Of a DNA stretch of 24,678 nucleotides, positions 23,239 to 24,678 are shown piece by piece. Positions within the stretch are counted from its first letter, which is position 1; every line of letters starts with the position of its first letter. The DNA comes from a virus. The notes under the pieces are model-generated. The model did no database searches. It was not told the origin of the DNA and saw nothing but the letters and a program-made list of their open reading frames with translations. Where the stretch lies: the IMG/VR virus record IMGVR_UViG_3300010277_000001; one strand, 5' to 3'. The translations under genes and the position numbers were made by a program.

Positions 23239-23559
23239 ACAACAAGCCTCCTTTTAGTAACTAAAATTGATATACCTTTCCCCCCTCTACCACCCGACCT
23301 CCAGATTTTTACATATCTACAACTTTACCCCAACCACCTAAACACCTAACCAAAAATAACTTCTCAAAAACAACCCGAAACTATTTCCAGTTTTTACACT
23401 GACTGCATATCAATTTTTTGTTAATGCTTACTCAATTTTTTAATCAATGTTAGTATAAATTTTTGTAAGTTAAAAATTATTTCAACTTTCACAATAATTT
23501 AATCAACAGAGTTATTAATTTTAGAAATATGTTGAAAATAGCACTACTGATTACATATT

Positions 23560-24678
23560 TTATTCTATACGTAGTGCTGCAGAGTTTAATACAGAAATAT
23601 TACATGTACTAGAAACTCCTAAACTAAGCTTTATACTACTTAAAATATATGTACCATCAAAATCAACTAAACCAGATTTTACACCCACAATGTCAGCTAA
23701 TTCTAATAAGGGATGACCTTTAGTCCTTAATGTTAAATAACTTACATCAGCTGATAAATAGTGTAATATTATAGTACAATATTCTTCAGCATAACTGTCA
23801 CTTTGTATCAACTTAGCATCTATTTCTATATACTTACGTCTTTCTACTGGAATACCAGATATATACCTCTCCATAACAGCAGTATTTTCAATTAAACAAT
23901 CGCCTTTTACTACTATTTTGGCTCTAATAGCTGTTTCTTTAGGGTTAGTAACATTTAATATAATGCTATCTTGTGTCCACCTTATATTATTTATACTAAT
24001 AGTAACATCAGATTCAACAGGTACAATTGTTACATACTCTATTTTATCAGCTTTTTTATTATTACTAAAAGTAAATTCGCTTAATTCATTAGTACCAGCA
24101 GGTATTTCAAAGTCACTAATTTCAAGTAATGTATCACCTTTTACAACAGTAGGGTTAGTATACTTTAATCTTACTGCATTATAAGTATCTAATAAGTCAG
24201 TACCTAATGCCACCTCGAATGTATTAACTACACCATCAAAGTCCATACGCTTTGTAGTTTTATTTGCTAAGTCAAGTAAATCTACTACTTGTATAATTCC
24301 ATTACCGTCTACGAATATATTACACATATAACTCTTTGCCACACTGTTTAACACATCTTTTAACTTAGTACCAAATGTATATGTATATTTAATAGTCTTT
24401 GTAAGAGTATCGGCTATATTATATTGACTAGCATTTAAACCTACACTGTTAAATATACTTGCTAGATAATCTTTTACTGTTTGATTTCTTCGTATACCTA
24501 CAATATTAACAGGCTGATTTCCTATATATTGTAGTATATCAGCACCATTAATTGTTACTTTATTATATCCACCATTACCACTACTGTTTTTAATATCAGT
24601 AGCATAGTACTCACCATGTTTAGTAAATACTCCACCATCAATACTAATGTACCACTCTATTTTAAAACCTTCGCTTAA
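23560..24678 (-). CDS. C-terminal part of the junction-spanning tail/baseplate protein. 24556-24678 duplicates 1-123; the unique part is 23560-24555.
   Basis: The frame of track ORF 23560-24354 stays open upstream to the window end (LSEGFKIEWYISIDGGVFTKHGEYYATDIKNSSGNGGYNKVTINGADILQY...). It is in phase with the ORF starting at 360. Confidence 0.75.
   Translation of the reverse strand, partial: LSEGFKIEWYISIDGGVFTKHGEYYATDIKNSSGNGGYNKVTINGADILQYIGNQPVNIVGIRRNQTVKDYLASIFNSVGLNASQYNIADTLTKTIKYTYTFGTKLKDVLNSVAKSYMCNIFVDGNGIIQVVDLLDLANKTTKRMDFDGVVNTFEVALGTDLLDTYNAVRLKYTNPTVVKGDTLLEISDFEIPAGTNELSEFTFSNNKKADKIEYVTIVPVESDVTISINNIRWTQDSIILNVTNPKETAIRAKIVVKGDCLIENTAVMERYISGIPVERRKYIEIDAKLIQSDSYAEEYCTIILHYLSADVSYLTLRTKGHPLLELADIVGVKSGLVDFDGTYILSSIKLSLGVSSTCNISVLNSAALRIE
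24556..24678. repeat. Terminal direct repeat, copy 2 (identical to 1-123).
   Basis: Direct comparison of the two window ends. Confidence 0.95.

Noticed and set aside
1-24678. Prophage boundaries, att sites or an integrase at the window edges.
   Set aside because: The end repeat lies inside a coding sequence and the genome closes on itself. No tyrosine or serine recombinase motifs were seen in any frame.

Overview
The window is a complete, circularly closed phage genome. Its two ends are identical over 123 bp (1-123 = 24556-24678), which leaves about 24,555 bp of unique sequence. It is AT-rich and GGAGG-type Shine-Dalgarno sites precede most genes, which suggests a Firmicutes/Clostridia-type host (inference). 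Every credible gene lies on the minus strand. All plus-strand ORFs in the track look like antisense artefacts.

In transcription order (descending coordinates) I read four units.
1. Early unit 17938->14317: a coiled-coil/possible HTH protein, an HNH homing-type endonuclease, an NPPY methyltransferase-like protein with no N-terminal SAM-binding half, a 106-aa unknown, and a Dam-type (D12 class) N6-adenine methyltransferase, followed by a terminator.
2. Early unit 13838->12313: an HTH protein, an XRE regulator and three small unknowns.
3. Late unit 12167->1, continuing across the circular junction to 23560: terS, terL, portal, scaffold, major capsid, adaptor, an embedded XhlA-like + holin pair, head-tail joining genes, major tail protein, a G/G-T chaperone with a -1 frameshift, tape measure, a Dit-like protein and a 451-aa tail protein that spans the junction.
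4. Host-recognition/lysis unit 23238->18177: four tail-tip/fibre-like genes and an Amidase_2-SH3 endolysin, followed by a terminator.

I recognise no DNA polymerase, primase, helicase, known replication initiator, integrase or recombinase.

The most unusual signals are:
- three intergenic control regions that share a G/T-rich (sense-strand) tract plus TGTAAAAA motifs, two of which also share the 11-mer TATGCAGTCAG;
- iteron-like 12-bp repeats upstream of the first early gene;
- a two-methyltransferase + HNH island in a genome where GATC is almost absent;
- a holin/XhlA pair separated from the endolysin;
- a perfect 15-bp palindrome overlapping a promoter at the early/late boundary.

All homology statements come from motif recognition by eye, not from database searches.
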